Counted from the first letter of the stretch, positions 12,961 through 24,953 are shown. The stretch: 64,000 nt of DNA from Eukaryota sp. TZLM1-RC (GCA_040285825.1 JAUPSS010000003.1:3224001-3288000); one strand, 5' to 3'. The notes: generated from the letters alone by a model not told the origin. A program made the numbers and translations.

Positions 12961-13228
12961 ATATTTAGCAAAAAAAGAAATTTCAACAGATTGTTTTCGC
13001 AAAATGGAATTTTGTTTTCTATTTTAAAGGGGATGTTGAAGATGGTTTCTGATGCTTTGCTTTCTTTTGGATCTCACTATGGTAGAGTTGCATCTAGTTG
13101 TTTTGTTTTGAGAGAGATGGATTATTTAGATGTTGATTTATTTATTTTCTTATAAATAAATTCAACTAAAAAAATTAACAGAATCTTTTTCTCTGGAAAA
13201 CTTAAACATAAAAACTTGGAGCCAAAAT

Positions 13229-13300
13229 TTCGCATACCGGGAATCGAACCCGGGTCTAGTATGTGAAAGACACTAATGCTAGCCACTACACCATATGCGA
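13229..13300 (-). tRNA. tRNA-Glu(TTC)
   Basis: Cloverleaf: TCGCATA/TATGCGA acceptor stem, AGTGT-CT TTC AC-ATACT anticodon arm, GGTTCGATTCC T-loop. Confidence 0.93.
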
Positions 13301-13306
13301 TTATTA

Positions 13307-13953
13307 CCATGTTCCGAAAAATTATGGATCCACAAAATAAGGCGACTAAAAAATTGGCGAATTTTCCAAGGTGTTGTAAAATTCGCCATTATTTTTCCCC
13401 CATTATTAACTTTTAAAAATAAAATAATACCAGATTTATTTCAGAATCAATACTATAAAATTAAACAATAAAGTCATCTTCTTCTGAAGACTAATCATCT
13501 GCATCAATCCATTCAGGTCGATTTACTGCTTTAATTACAACTTCATTACCACCTGGATTCATCAAACTGTGCTCAATTGTGACATTTTGATTTGATATAT
13601 TGCCATGCCTCAATAATCCATTCTCCAATTTTGGGCTTAATAATGGAGGTGGCTACATCTAACTTGACATTATGTGGTTGAATGCCAGCATTGAGGTCTT
13701 CGAGAATTTTTGGAATACTGTATACAACTCACAGTTTTGTGCATGAACAAATGAGCTTTTAAATTGAAATTTGTATTTTGCGTACAATTGATATTTTTTA
13801 ATTATAATTATTGATTTATTTTTATTTCAATTATGAACTGCTTTTTGAACAATTATGGACTCATTAAATATGGCGACTAAAAAAATTGGCGAATTTTCAA
13901 AGGTGTTGTAAAATTCGCCATATTTTATGGGTCCATAATTTTTCGGAACACGG
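13307..13953. mobile_element. MITE / non-autonomous Tc1-mariner (pogo-like) element
   Basis: About 33-bp terminal inverted repeats (ccatgttccgaaaaattatgga / tccataatttttcggaacacgg), TA on both sides, duplicated subterminal block. Confidence 0.8.
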
Positions 13954-15477
13954 TAGCCACTACACCATATGCGATTTTGAACATGATGTCTAAAATGTTA
14001 GACGCGAAAAATGATGGCCGATTTGGAATTTCTGACATTATCATCTCAATATCTCTTTTCCACTCAAAATGATCAAGAAAAAAATTCCTAAAATTGTTTT
14101 TCCACATGTAAATTTCAACTTATATAGAGATCACTTCCACATTCACCTGTGTTGTACGTTGTCTTTTGTCTAGGGTTGATTAATGGAATCATTTTTGACG
14201 ACAGGACACTCACAATGCTTAGTAGTTTCAGAATCATCGTCAATTCGTTTTCACAATAAACTGTTTTAATGTGATAAAGACAAGGCTTAGGTAGAAAATC
14301 AGAAATACTGTTCACACTTCTATCTCTGCATGTAGATTTATCGTTTGCCATGTACAGCTCCTGAACAATTGAGTCCCAGTTAGTGGTTTTGTTGGGAGCT
14401 ATGCACTATCCTCTCTCGCATAAACTAATGGTAAATGTCTTTTTAATCCAGTTGAAAAATTGCAAAAATATTTTCTGTAGATTGAAGAAAACAATAAATT
14501 GTGATATTCAAATTCATTCAAAAACTTGTTTTCAAATTTGAAATAGTTGATAATCAAAGAAAATTCGATACAGTCATGAAGTGTAAGGTATACTCATCAA
14601 TGAATAACACCAATATCACAATATCAAGGTGATCATCTTTGGTTGTCCATGTTGATCTTCCTTGAAGACTTATTCAATTCGCAATTAATTAATTCCTTGA
14701 ATGTAATATCTATTCAATCCTGTAATGCTATTAATCCTTATTTGTGAAAAACTTTATCTAACAATGAGAAAATTTATCCGAAATGAATATATACTATTGT
14801 ATTTAGTGTGCGTATTATGTCAAATTGGACCAGCAGCATTATACCATATTTTGTATTTTAAATTATTGATTAGAAGTGGAGATCACACACCTTCATCAAC
14901 CAATTACTTCTTCAAAGGAAAGTAACCTCCACCTAAAATGTGAAAACACTCTTTGAGCGAGAGAAAGTTCAACATATTCAACCATTTCACCGAGGCCTTT
15001 ATACAAGCTGCAGGCAATTCGTTTGGTCCAGAAATATAACTCAAATGAATTGCGTTTTTAATGATGAAATCATTGAATTCATCCTCAGCGCCTAATCGTC
15101 CATATGGCATATTTGGTCCAGGTGTGTTTCAACACAATTTCATAATAAGGTCTCCAATCATCATCTTCTAACCACAATCCAAATTCTCCTGGAAGTTGAA
15201 TAATAAAAGCAGCATCTGCATAAACACCACAAGCAACAGAAATTTCTAGTAAAAAACTATATAGTTTCTTGTTTCCTGAACGTTTGGAACGCAAACCATT
15301 CAAAAATGCTTGCACCACATTTTGTGGATTTGTCCAAGTTATCAAATTCCTGAAATGTATAATAAACCTAAACGGGGACATAATTCAAATTTTAATAGTT
15401 TTAACCTCCTACTGCATTTCCCAGATCATTATGGTATTTACTGTATTTGGATGAATGAATTTGAAAACAATATTTGA

Positions 15478-15640
15478 ATGTGGATTTCTATGGAATCGTA
15501 ATGTCAATGCTGTTCTTAATATGATTCATGTTGTGGATGAGTATCTTAAAGGAAAACCCTCAAGTGTTAAAAAGAGTAACTTGATATATTTCATATTCCA
15601 GTAATCTCAACGGGTTACTACTATCTGACATTTTTGTGCT
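15478..15640 (+). mobile_element. Fanzor family B, extreme 3' fragment and right end
   Basis: Translates CGFLWNRNVNAVLNMIHVVDEYLKG; matches the reverse complement of 31324-31500. Confidence 0.8.
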
Positions 15641-15648
15641 ATTTGTCG

Positions 15649-16038
15649 ATGTCTTCTGAACCCCTGACAGGAAGTTTTGACTTCCCAGATGGCTCTAACT
15701 ATACTGGACAATACACCAGAGATGACTCTGGTGTAATAAAACGCCACGGTCATGGACATTTCAAAGGACAGGGCTTTGAAATTCAAGGTGACTTTGAAGC
15801 TGATCATCCCGTCAACGCTGTTCTTACTTTTTCTTCTGATATAAAGTATGAGGGGACTTTTGAACAAGGAAAGTTTTCTGGTATGGGAACAATGACCTGG
15901 CCCACTTCTGCCAAATATGAGGGGGCATGGGCTAATGGCCAACCACATGGTGAAGGCAAGTTTACCGATGCTGAAGGCAGGGAATATGTCGGTGTTTTTG
16001 TTAATGGTACAGGCCCTGGTCTACATGCTGTTCAATAA
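15649..16038 (+). CDS. Small MORN-repeat protein (MORN2-like)
   Basis: Repeated YxGxF/W..G..xGxG motifs; first ATG at 15649. Confidence 0.85.
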   Translation: MSSEPLTGSFDFPDGSNYTGQYTRDDSGVIKRHGHGHFKGQGFEIQGDFEADHPVNAVLTFSSDIKYEGTFEQGKFSGMGTMTWPTSAKYEGAWANGQPHGEGKFTDAEGREYVGVFVNGTGPGLHAVQ

Positions 16039-16487
16039 CTCTGTTTGTTTTGTTCATTATTTGTACATATCTTGCATTGAAAGTCTATCACCGTCTTTTG
16101 TTCTTTTAAATCATTTATTGTTTATTTTGATGTAACACCTTTTATAAAATACATACAGTGGTCTCCTCAAGTTGTTTACAATGATTTCAGCCAAAAAGAA
16201 TCTGATATTTAAGATCAATCTTGGTTGATCAGTCAAATTTTAGCGAAACACATACTAAGCTCAACATCAACAGTTGTTAAATCATGTTGAGTTAATGTTT
16301 AGTTAATGATGAGTTTAACTTAAATAAGATCAAGATTTTATCGTTGATTCGTAATGAATCGAGATATTTTCTGTGGAGACCTGATAAACAAATTTCAATG
16401 GACATTCACTCTAAATGTTACAGGTCACAGTGGTATAACCAGAGATTAAGATATTGATCTCCGCTTAATTTCCTCGATAACAAAAGG

Positions 16488-17141
16488 TTACACAAAACGT
16501 TTACTAGGACACAACGTCTCAACCTGGAGCTCCTCCTCCTTCAGAGTTTTGTGGTTTGAAAGAAGAAGACAGCTTTGGGAATCACAATATTCATACACAA
16601 ACCCTGTTTCAGGGCTGAAACACCAGGAACTAAAGTTACTTTCATAAACAATACACTCAACTCCACCAAAGTTCTTGGTGACATTTGTGATTGGAACATT
16701 GTCGAGTAAAAGAAAAGATTTAAACAGCTTTGCACATTGCTCGGTGTGGCTGTAGCATTCTATGTCATGCGATTCAGAAACTTTAAGCTCACGACGGACA
16801 TCCTCATGACAAGTGACATTGAGGTTCCATGAATAACCATTAGTATCTACAAAACTTCCCTCTAGAAAATACACATTGGATGATAAATCAAAAGCAAAGA
16901 AATGGTACTTGTAGCCTTCAGGACTTATACACATATCCACAGAGGATTGAAAGGACAGAGAAAGACCTGGAATTGGTTGTGGACCTGCAGGGGTGTGTGG
17001 ATTGAGAATGCCACTGAAAAACAGAGTAGACAGAATAACCACCAAAAACGATATGATGAGAATCACCAAAAGAGAAGATTTCCTGACCTTGATCGCTTCA
17101 TGTGGTATATCGTCGTCAATCAATGAGTAATTGGTCGTCAT
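16488..17141 (-). CDS. Type II membrane protein with Cys-containing extracellular domain, function unknown
   Basis: 217-aa ORF with a single N-terminal TM helix (LLVILIISFLVVILSTLFF). Confidence 0.7.
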   Translation of the reverse strand: MTTNYSLIDDDIPHEAIKVRKSSLLVILIISFLVVILSTLFFSGILNPHTPAGPQPIPGLSLSFQSSVDMCISPEGYKYHFFAFDLSSNVYFLEGSFVDTNGYSWNLNVTCHEDVRRELKVSESHDIECYSHTEQCAKLFKSFLLLDNVPITNVTKNFGGVECIVYESNFSSWCFSPETGFVYEYCDSQSCLLLSNHKTLKEEELQVETLCPSKRFV

Positions 17142-17143
17142 TC

Positions 17144-17510
17144 TTACAGATGACGTCTATAACAATGAACTAAGCGTCCTTTTTACACCAATGCAGAGGG
17201 ACTGAGTTTTTGAGAGGTGGAAGATTTTCTCCTTGATACCGTTTTCTTTCAACCTTCAACAACCTTGGCTCTCTGCAGATATACTGGTCTTTTTCATTAT
17301 TTACTTGTGCTTCCATCACTGCCACTTATTCAACGAAGCATTTCGATCTCTATTCCACAAACTTTCACAAGATTTACACATGGTAAGCCCGTGACGAATA
17401 GACATCTCATGCCTCTTCCATGGCCTAGGATTTCTGCATCATCGGAATGTTTCAACTGTTTTCTCCGCTTTCTTACAATTGAAACAACAGCAACGAGTTC
17501 AAAACTCAAA
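17144..17510 (-). mobile_element. Fanzor family A copy 2, 3' part and right end
   Basis: Near-colinear with 1990-2355; WNRDRNAS retained. Confidence 0.85.
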
Positions 17511-17515
17511 AATTA

Positions 17516-18610
17516 ATTTATTTATTGAACTTCCACACTTAACAAAATCAACTCATAACTAATGGGACTAAATTCATTGAACCAAGATTTCCTCTGCAGA
17601 ATCTTGATCTACTTGCTGTCTAGCTAAACCCTCTCTAATTCGATTGAAAAACCGAGGCAATCTATCAATAATGGCATATTGAATTCGAGAGCGCCATAAA
17701 AAAATCAAATCTTTTCATTGTTTTTTGTTGAACCATTATTTGGAAATCGATCAAAAAAGTTCCTAGTGATAGTCTTCCGTTTATCGAAAATGGGAAAGCA
17801 ATAAAAATTAGTGGTGTATTTCTACCAGCATTAGCTTCTTCGATATGTTTGTCATATTCTCTATGTTTTTCTTTGGCTTTGAAATCACAAGCACTTACAG
17901 GATTAAGTTTTCTTCTTTGAACCAAAGTGTAATTCGCAATATCACAGGAGACAAAGGTCTTCAGAGGTCTCCATCCAACCACAGTATACATCACCTCCAC
18001 CATCAGAACCAAAGTTATTCAATGACAGTGTTTTTCTAAGCAGAGGCTCTTTGATACACGAGATTCTTGCAGTTCGGGCCATATTAAGATCAGTGTCTCT
18101 AAAAGCTTCATGTAAGGAAGAACGATAGGTTATCAATTTGGGGCAATTAAGAGCATAACGCAAAGTGAGCTGTGGTGAATTAGAACAAAACAATTTTCTT
18201 TCAATAATAATTGATTAATGGGGATATTCAAATATAATCTCATTTTTGTTACAAACGCTTCATTATTAGCACACAGTCCAGATCTTCGTGGTACAATGGT
18301 TACAAACTGTGAAGAATCTGATGACTTATTTTCACAAACACCTTTTTCCAATAACAATGACTGGAGATCTTGATTTAAAACAGCCGAACTGTATTTTTTT
18401 TATAAAGATCCTTTTCATACATTCCAGTCAGTGGTGTTTGTAATGTTCGAAGAATGTATTTTAAATTTAAAAAATTCTTTTCCGGAATATTACCGTTGAA
18501 TGATTGGGGAAAGCATCGACTCCATTTTTCTACATCATTTCTGGAAATTTCTTGATTTAATGCAAAAATAGTAGAACTTTGCGTTGTCACTAATACATCC
18601 ATCAATATTC
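17516..18610 (-). mobile_element. CRE-like non-LTR retrotransposon family C fragment inserted into Fanzor A copy 2
   Basis: High similarity to 28810-29920; flanked by aaactca on both sides. Confidence 0.85.
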
Positions 18611-18616
18611 AATATA

Positions 18617-19950
18617 ATCGAAACTCATCAATTAAAAAGACCTTATAACCGGCTTTTGTAAATAAATTTCTCAAACCTTTTTTCTTTGGTAGGTTCGTTG
18701 AATTTCATGTATTTTCGTTGTCCCCAGTCTCCTATTCCCATAGCTACTTGACTGGCATCATTAATTACTGATCTGAATCTCTGAATCATTTTCGCCTCAA
18801 ATCTTGTGCAGTTAATTTCAGCCCACTTTCCTGGGTTCGCCAATATTTTTTGATGGTAGACTTCACCAGCGATACTATTCACAACAAAATTCTTTTGTTT
18901 AATGTACTTAAAAATGTTGCAAATCAGCAGCTTTTGTTTTTGAATTGGGATAAAGTTGCTTCCCATTCTGCTACAACTTCAGTCATTTGAGTGTTATTAT
19001 CCGTGTTTAATGAATAATCAATTCCTTGTGCAATAATTAATTCTTAAGGCACTTTACCTCATAATTAATGAATAGTTGTTTTTAGTTTTTTTTGATCCAC
19101 CATAAGAATGTCTAGCTTCGATCTCTGTTGCTCATCTTCAAATAATTCGTTGTTGGATGAATCAGTCACCTTTCGTGTATTGCGATAACAGGGTGTTTTC
19201 GTCCACTATCCCTTATGTGGTGTTTTTTTGGCTAAAATCTTTGTTGGTTTTGAGTGTACCTGAAATGAACTTATTTATCTCTCTCAGGTTTTTTTTGAAT
19301 GAATCATTCAATAGAGTAGACCAGATTTAATTGGATTCGCAGCAACAAGAGTCATTTCTTGAAATTGAGAAGGATTAATGCTGGGGTCATCAATATATGT
19401 CTATTTTTCTTTGAATTCTTTTGAATTACCTTTAAGCGTTTCAAGTCCATCCAGATTGATGACAAAATACTGCTACTCCATCAGTTTCGATGCTAGACAT
19501 GATTTACTTTGAAAGTATGGTGTTTTTGATAATGTTCTTTCTTGAAAGTGGGTGCTATAATGACAAGTCAGCAGTCTGTACATTTTGTGTATAAGGCGAC
19601 TTTTTATCAAGATTACTCCTTTATTGGTTAAAATTTAATATTAACAAACATGTTTTTTCATTTTTGCAATCAGCTATTCTTTGTGTCAAAAAATTTCTGT
19701 TATGAAACAGTTCCCCTGAACATTGACTTATTTTTGAGCAGAAATCAAATTTGAACATGGTTCCTTGTTTTTGCAGCTAATCCAAGGTGAACTGATAGAT
19801 GATATTCTTTTCTTAGAGTTGATGTTTTTCTATCCATGTCTCTAGATCCTTTCACAATCAGAGATTTCACCCTAAGCTATCAGTAAAGTAATATCAAGTT
19901 GACATAGATTTTCCTGAACATTTATGATATAATTGTAATTTACAACGGCC
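18617..19950 (-). pseudogene. Fanzor family A copy 2, 5' part (decayed)
   Basis: WAEINCTRFEAKMIQRF..GIGDWGQ..EPTK; RuvC-I-like TLVAANPIKSGLLY near 19310-19350. Confidence 0.7.
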
Positions 19951-20318
19951 ACGTAGTCGAAATAATGTACTTGATTATTAAATTTCAATTTAGCAATTAA
20001 CTTAGTAATTGTGTAATATCAAATGTAACTAACATCAGTTGTTTGTGGATATAATTGAACCTCTGAAGTGATCTTTTATTTCATTTGTATTTTGACTCAT
20101 GAACGATGAAGTCCATGAACTCTACTCAGTTATCATGTTGGAAATAAAAAGCTTTAAGAACACATCAAGATCCGACAAAACAAAATAATTGCTATTTATT
20201 GAAACAGGTTCATAGTTACCAAATAGCTGAAGTAGCACAATAATGTTGATTAATTGTCAACTACAATTATCATGAATAACTTAATCATACCTAATTATTC
20301 AATATTCAATTACAAAAT

Positions 20319-20392
20319 TGCTCACTACAGGGATCGAACCTGTGACCTTCGCGTTATTAGCACGACGCTCTAACCAACTGAGCTAAGAGAGC
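20319..20392 (-). tRNA. tRNA-Ile(AAT)
   Basis: GCTCTCT/AGTGAGC acceptor stem, TCGTG-CT AAT AA-CGCGA anticodon arm, GGTTCGATCC. Confidence 0.92.
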
Positions 20393-20705
20393 ACTTCAAG
20401 TTTGCGATGTCCGTATTGTTTAAGGGTATCCTTAATTGTTCGCAGAATGTCAGATTCATTACAACAAGAAATTGACATGTTGAAGCACGAAATCAAGGAA
20501 GGAAAGTTGGAAACAAAGGAGTCTACCAAAGGACAACGGCCAAAAGGGGTTAAGGGTGCAGGTGGCCCTAATCCTAGGGGACATAAAAAATTGTGGTGAG
20601 AATGTATGAAGATTCAATAGCAGTTACATAGATCACACTAGAATATGTATCGTCACTCAAAATATCAGCAAAGATAAACTTAGGTTATTTATTTGAAAAC
20701 AAAAA

Positions 20706-21113
20706 CTAATGCTCCATTGTAGACTCTTCCTCGACACTTTGATCAATTGTGGCAGGTTCTACGAAGTTGACAAAGCTACAGACAGTTTCTTTTATGGGAT
20801 AGACTCTCTGACAACCAGAGCATGTGAGAGTCCCCTCAACAATGTCAACCTCATTCAAAATGCGATGTAGTTGGCGACAGAGATCTTCATCTTCTAGAAA
20901 AGAAGGGGGAAGAGACTCTGGTAGAGACACATCCAGAAAAGAAGCTGATGATAGGAGTACTGGGTAATCTATTTTTTGCATAAGATTCTTGAGCAAATCT
21001 CTGTCAAAAGGATGTTCAGTAACCTCATGAGAAATCACACTGAGTGATAAAGGATAAGCGGAAGGACACCGAGGTTTGCAACATTGAACTATATTGTGAA
21101 CACGAAGACGCAT
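20706..21113 (-). CDS. TRM112: Multifunctional methyltransferase subunit Trm112
   Basis: MRLRVHNIVQC..YPLSL..LHRILNEVDIVEGTLTCSGCQRVYPIK signature. Confidence 0.92.
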   Translation of the reverse strand: MRLRVHNIVQCCKPRCPSAYPLSLSVISHEVTEHPFDRDLLKNLMQKIDYPVLLSSASFLDVSLPESLPPSFLEDEDLCRQLHRILNEVDIVEGTLTCSGCQRVYPIKETVCSFVNFVEPATIDQSVEEESTMEH

Positions 21114-21764
21114 TGCAGTCTACAAATTGTCTTAATGAAATTTGTTTAGTTTCAATCTACTGACACTTTTCAAATCAAATTCAAAAGCCTTCAAATCGTC
21201 ACTAGCTCAAAGACAATTTACTTTGTTGAAATCAATGGACATACGGCTTCGGGAACATAGTGTTGCTGCTGTTATTATTCAGTCAGTCATTAGAGGTTAT
21301 TGGAAACACCATTAGCAACTCCAAGGTGAATTTTTTAGATTTATTGGTTCAAATTTAATTTCAGTTTTTGTAATATATGATTTCATAATTATCAAATTAA
21401 TTGTTAAGTTTTGTTTAACTTTTTTGTATTATAGGCCATAAAGCACCATCCCTTTATTTTTAAATTTCATTAATCAGAAAACTGTAGTGACTTCTGGCCC
21501 TTTATGTCCTTATTACAAATTCTTTACCATCTCTTGTGCATCTGTTTACTCTGAATATTATACAAATTCCTCAAATTTATGGTCTTCTTTTAGAATATTC
21601 CACATTTTCTTGTACAATACGCCTTCGATGTTTCATTTAACCCAATAACGTGCTTCATAATTTGATTTGTAAATTTGGATCAAAAATTTTCTCAAAATCT
21701 TCTTTTAATTGTAAACACTTTATTATTTTATTTTATTTTTTTTATTTCATTATATTTTATTTCA

Positions 21765-22130
21765 AGTATTAGGTTAATCCCTAATAATAATAATAATGAC
21801 CTAGATTTAGACGTTGTAGAACTTTCAGAATATAAGTTTTCTCTGTTGGTTGATAGATAGTGTAATAGTATAAGGAATGAGGAGATAAACAGCGGTTTGA
21901 TATTAATGAAGCGAACCGAGATGCCGAACTAATTGAACGTATCAGTAGCTGCCGAACGTTTGGCCGAACTAGTTTAGGAATTCTGACATTATCAAAACCT
22001 ATTCTAATATCATCTCTTTGTAAAATTGTTAAATTCCCTGTATTGAATTGGAGCAAATACATGTTTCTTTTGATAGCAGTTGGTCAATTGAACATATTCA
22101 GTTATTTCATCTTTGTTACAAAAATTTCAT
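21765..22130 (-). pseudogene. Decayed tyrosine recombinase catalytic domain
   Basis: YLLQFNTG-NLTILQRDDI (box I with the Arg segment deleted), SPHSL (HxxR box), LQRLNLGH, downstream T*Y; motif order correct. Confidence 0.55.
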
Positions 22131-22878
22131 CATCATTGAGAAATCAGAGGTGTTTAAGAAACAACAGTCTCAAACCAAAGTTATGAACCCACTGATCACA
22201 GTCTAAAGGCTGTTGGAAATGGTGCTGAAGGTGCTGGTATACCTATGAGTCCGATGCAACAACCTGATCTCAATACATTATCACCAGTAGCGAAAGCGAA
22301 AGTTGAAGAACATTGTATAGTTTTGAAATAACTTAAGAAATCAAGCTTTTGTCTATTTAGGTTGGTTCTTAGGAGAAAGGCCAAGAGCGAATGTGGTTAG
22401 CGTACTATTAATAGTTAGGAACGAGACAATTGTAGGTGTAAGGGAGTCAGAAATGTTGTTTCCGCTGACGTTGAGGGACGTTAAGGACACAAGACAAGAC
22501 AGGATGGTAGAGGTACCATGGTCACGAAGGAAGTTGTGAATGTTGTCCTGTCAAGATTCATTGTTAGGTTGAGTGGTTTCTATTTTAAGATTAAAGAAGT
22601 GTCAAGTTGATCAGATTATGAAAAACAAATTCTATACGAACTCATTGAAACAACACGTTTTCTTGATTGTATATGCTAATGTTATCACCTAAAAAAACTC
22701 CTTCAACTGTAACCTTTTTACGACAGAAAATAGTTGCGGCAGCTTAAATATCACGTATTATAGTGTTTAATTATCATTGTGCTCAGGCTTTGTATTTGTA
22801 TAGATGTAAGAAGTTGTGAGTAAATCAAATTTTTATTGTTGACTGTCTGATCTTTTCTCGACTGACATATTCACCCCA

Positions 22879-24840
22879 ATGGCAAATCCAGAGTTGCCAC
22901 GTCGAGGGCGTGTACTCCCCTGGGAGGTTAACCGTCGTGAGCAACCATTAAACGACAGCAAGACCACAGTTCCAGCAAGTGCTGCTCAGTTCTTCTCTAC
23001 TGCAGCTCTTGTTTCAATGGAAGGACAGTTTCGCTATATTCGAACTGTCACTGTGTTTACTGCCCGGTTAGCACAGCTGTTCGTCCTGCAATATCCGGAA
23101 ATGGCTTTCTGGTTATATCAACAACAGTTTTGGTATCAATGTCAAGACTTTGTAATGGTACCTCATCCGACTGTGAGACGCCCATTCGAGAATCATATGG
23201 AAGTGTACCGCGCACTCTATGATGTCTCTTTCCGACCTGGCTGGCCGTTTCCTCCTATTGGCTTTCAGAAGGGAACCGACAACTGGTGCCACTCTGACAT
23301 TAGAAGCTTTCGCGCACTGCAAATGGCGAACAGCTTTTGTCAAATACTTACTGATGGCCCTGTCTCCTGGAAGCTGACCTTCTTCCGGACAATGGCTACC
23401 TTCTTTGAGTGCCCATGCCCAAAGAAATATGCTTCATTAGTGGTGAACACGACTGCAGCCACTATTCCTGACTCTTTGCGCGCATGGTATGATGAAGGTC
23501 ACCATGAGTACATAATGGACCTATTTATTCAGCAGGTTGCCGACCCTCATCGTTTTGACGCTATGTTAATGCTGGACAATGTTGATCTCAGTCCAGACAA
23601 CATCACCTTCTTATTCATTGCTGGGCTAAATATTTTATCCTTTCTGGAAAATATTGCATCTGACACCATGCGAAGAAATGCCGTGTCCCCATCCCCCAGT
23701 TATTCTCCTGACTTTATCTCTTTTAGTCAAAAACTGGAAAAGCATTTTCTCTCTTTTAATGCCAACCACTGTCTGCTGAAAGATCCGTTTGCCTTTTTCA
23801 GAAAAAAGAAGTATCTGACTTACACAATCAGTTCAGATGCTGTTTCAGTCCGCTTCACTTTTTCTTTTGCCCCCAAAAAAATTAAGAATCGCCGGACAGC
23901 CAGAGAATTGGCAACCACCATAGCCAGTGATGAACTCGAAATACCTGCAAAGAGTCGGAAGCGAAACTCTAGACTTCAACAACAGGTCCGTCCAAGGCAA
24001 CGTCGAAGAACTGACGACGCCTATGAGCCTCCGCCAGTTGATCCATGTGAATATTCATTTTGTGTAACTGATCCTAATCACAAAAATTTGTGTGGTTATT
24101 CAATTGGATCAAGAATTGATAATAACAATGTTGATCATCAACTTTCGGGCCTTGTTCTGAATCCAAAGGCAAGGAAGATCATTCACCCACCGGTCCTGAC
24201 CCATGCATCACCAAATTGCTATTTTGCTAAGAATTTACACAAATATCTTAATGAAATAGCAATGCCTTTGATGTCGGTACCGACACAGGAAGAAATCAGC
24301 AATCCCGACTTCCGTCCGAGAACTAAACTAGACCAACTGCTGATAAATGGAGATCGCCGAGCCCTGCGCCGCAACAAGTTTGATTTTTTTACAAGAAGGC
24401 AAAAAAGAATAATGGGATTTATTGAAAAAATTAAACTAATGGCTAATGGAAGAGAAACCATAATTTGGTTTGGTAGTGGAGGTGATGGGCCATTAAGACA
24501 ATCTGTGAAAACCCCAAGGAAGCGCTTTTTGAAGGAGATTCAGAAACATTTTACATATGTGAAGCCTAATGGAGATGAATTCTACACATCTGCCAAAACG
24601 AATTGCTGTAAGGTATTCAATCAAAAGTTGTATCACAATGATGGGATGGTGCACAATGAAAAGTATGTTTGCCCTCAATGTCAGACACTCTGGTCGAGGG
24701 ACATCTCGGCTTCCAGAAACCAACTGGAGATTGCAATAAGTGAGCACTACCACAGGAAAGACCTGAGGCGTTCCGGAGACCCCGTAGTGTTTTTCCATGT
24801 ATTGCGTACCTGTACGCGTATTGTGATGTTGCTGCTTTAA
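22879..24840 (+). CDS. Fanzor family C RNA-guided endonuclease, near full length
   Basis: SDAVSVRF, RuvC-I CVTDPN, IWFGSG, RuvC-II DEFYTS, CPQC, RuvC-III WSRDISASRN; 1-nt frameshift after SEHYH relative to copy 2, which ends NERPEAFRRPRR*. Confidence 0.88.
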   Translation: MANPELPRRGRVLPWEVNRREQPLNDSKTTVPASAAQFFSTAALVSMEGQFRYIRTVTVFTARLAQLFVLQYPEMAFWLYQQQFWYQCQDFVMVPHPTVRRPFENHMEVYRALYDVSFRPGWPFPPIGFQKGTDNWCHSDIRSFRALQMANSFCQILTDGPVSWKLTFFRTMATFFECPCPKKYASLVVNTTAATIPDSLRAWYDEGHHEYIMDLFIQQVADPHRFDAMLMLDNVDLSPDNITFLFIAGLNILSFLENIASDTMRRNAVSPSPSYSPDFISFSQKLEKHFLSFNANHCLLKDPFAFFRKKKYLTYTISSDAVSVRFTFSFAPKKIKNRRTARELATTIASDELEIPAKSRKRNSRLQQQVRPRQRRRTDDAYEPPPVDPCEYSFCVTDPNHKNLCGYSIGSRIDNNNVDHQLSGLVLNPKARKIIHPPVLTHASPNCYFAKNLHKYLNEIAMPLMSVPTQEEISNPDFRPRTKLDQLLINGDRRALRRNKFDFFTRRQKRIMGFIEKIKLMANGRETIIWFGSGGDGPLRQSVKTPRKRFLKEIQKHFTYVKPNGDEFYTSAKTNCCKVFNQKLYHNDGMVHNEKYVCPQCQTLWSRDISASRNQLEIAISEHYHRKDLRRSGDPVVFFHVLRTCTRIVMLLL

Positions 24841-24953
24841 CTATCATTTGATCGTGATATCATATAGTGATAGATCTAAAGAGTATGCTTAACGTCTATC
24901 AAGATTGCATGAATTGGTCAAAAGCCAGAAGTGCGTTTTGATAGAAATTCACA
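24780..24953 (+). ncRNA. Predicted omegaRNA scaffold of Fanzor C
   Basis: Conserved with 33720-33896 up to aattcaca, then abrupt divergence; hairpins gcgta/tacgc, ctatca/tgatag and tctatcaag...tttgataga. Confidence 0.65.

Larger units (their letters stand above)
10735..13160 (+). mobile_element. CRE-like non-LTR retrotransposon family A, 5'-truncated and decayed, with nested insertions
   Basis: FGGIGF, HLLNC, HDAVRD, KIKKY motifs; colinear with the copy at 26200-28015. Confidence 0.8.

Noticed and set aside
13122-13310. 62-aa ORF, and the 67-aa ORF at 26027-26230
   Set aside because: They overlap tRNA genes and are spurious
14000-15470. Fragmented minus-strand coding-like sequence
   Set aside because: No recognisable family; probably decayed element or pseudogene
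22879-24840. Bacterial IS200/IS605 TnpB contamination
   Set aside because: Size and motif layout are Fanzor1-like and the locus is embedded among intron-containing eukaryotic genes
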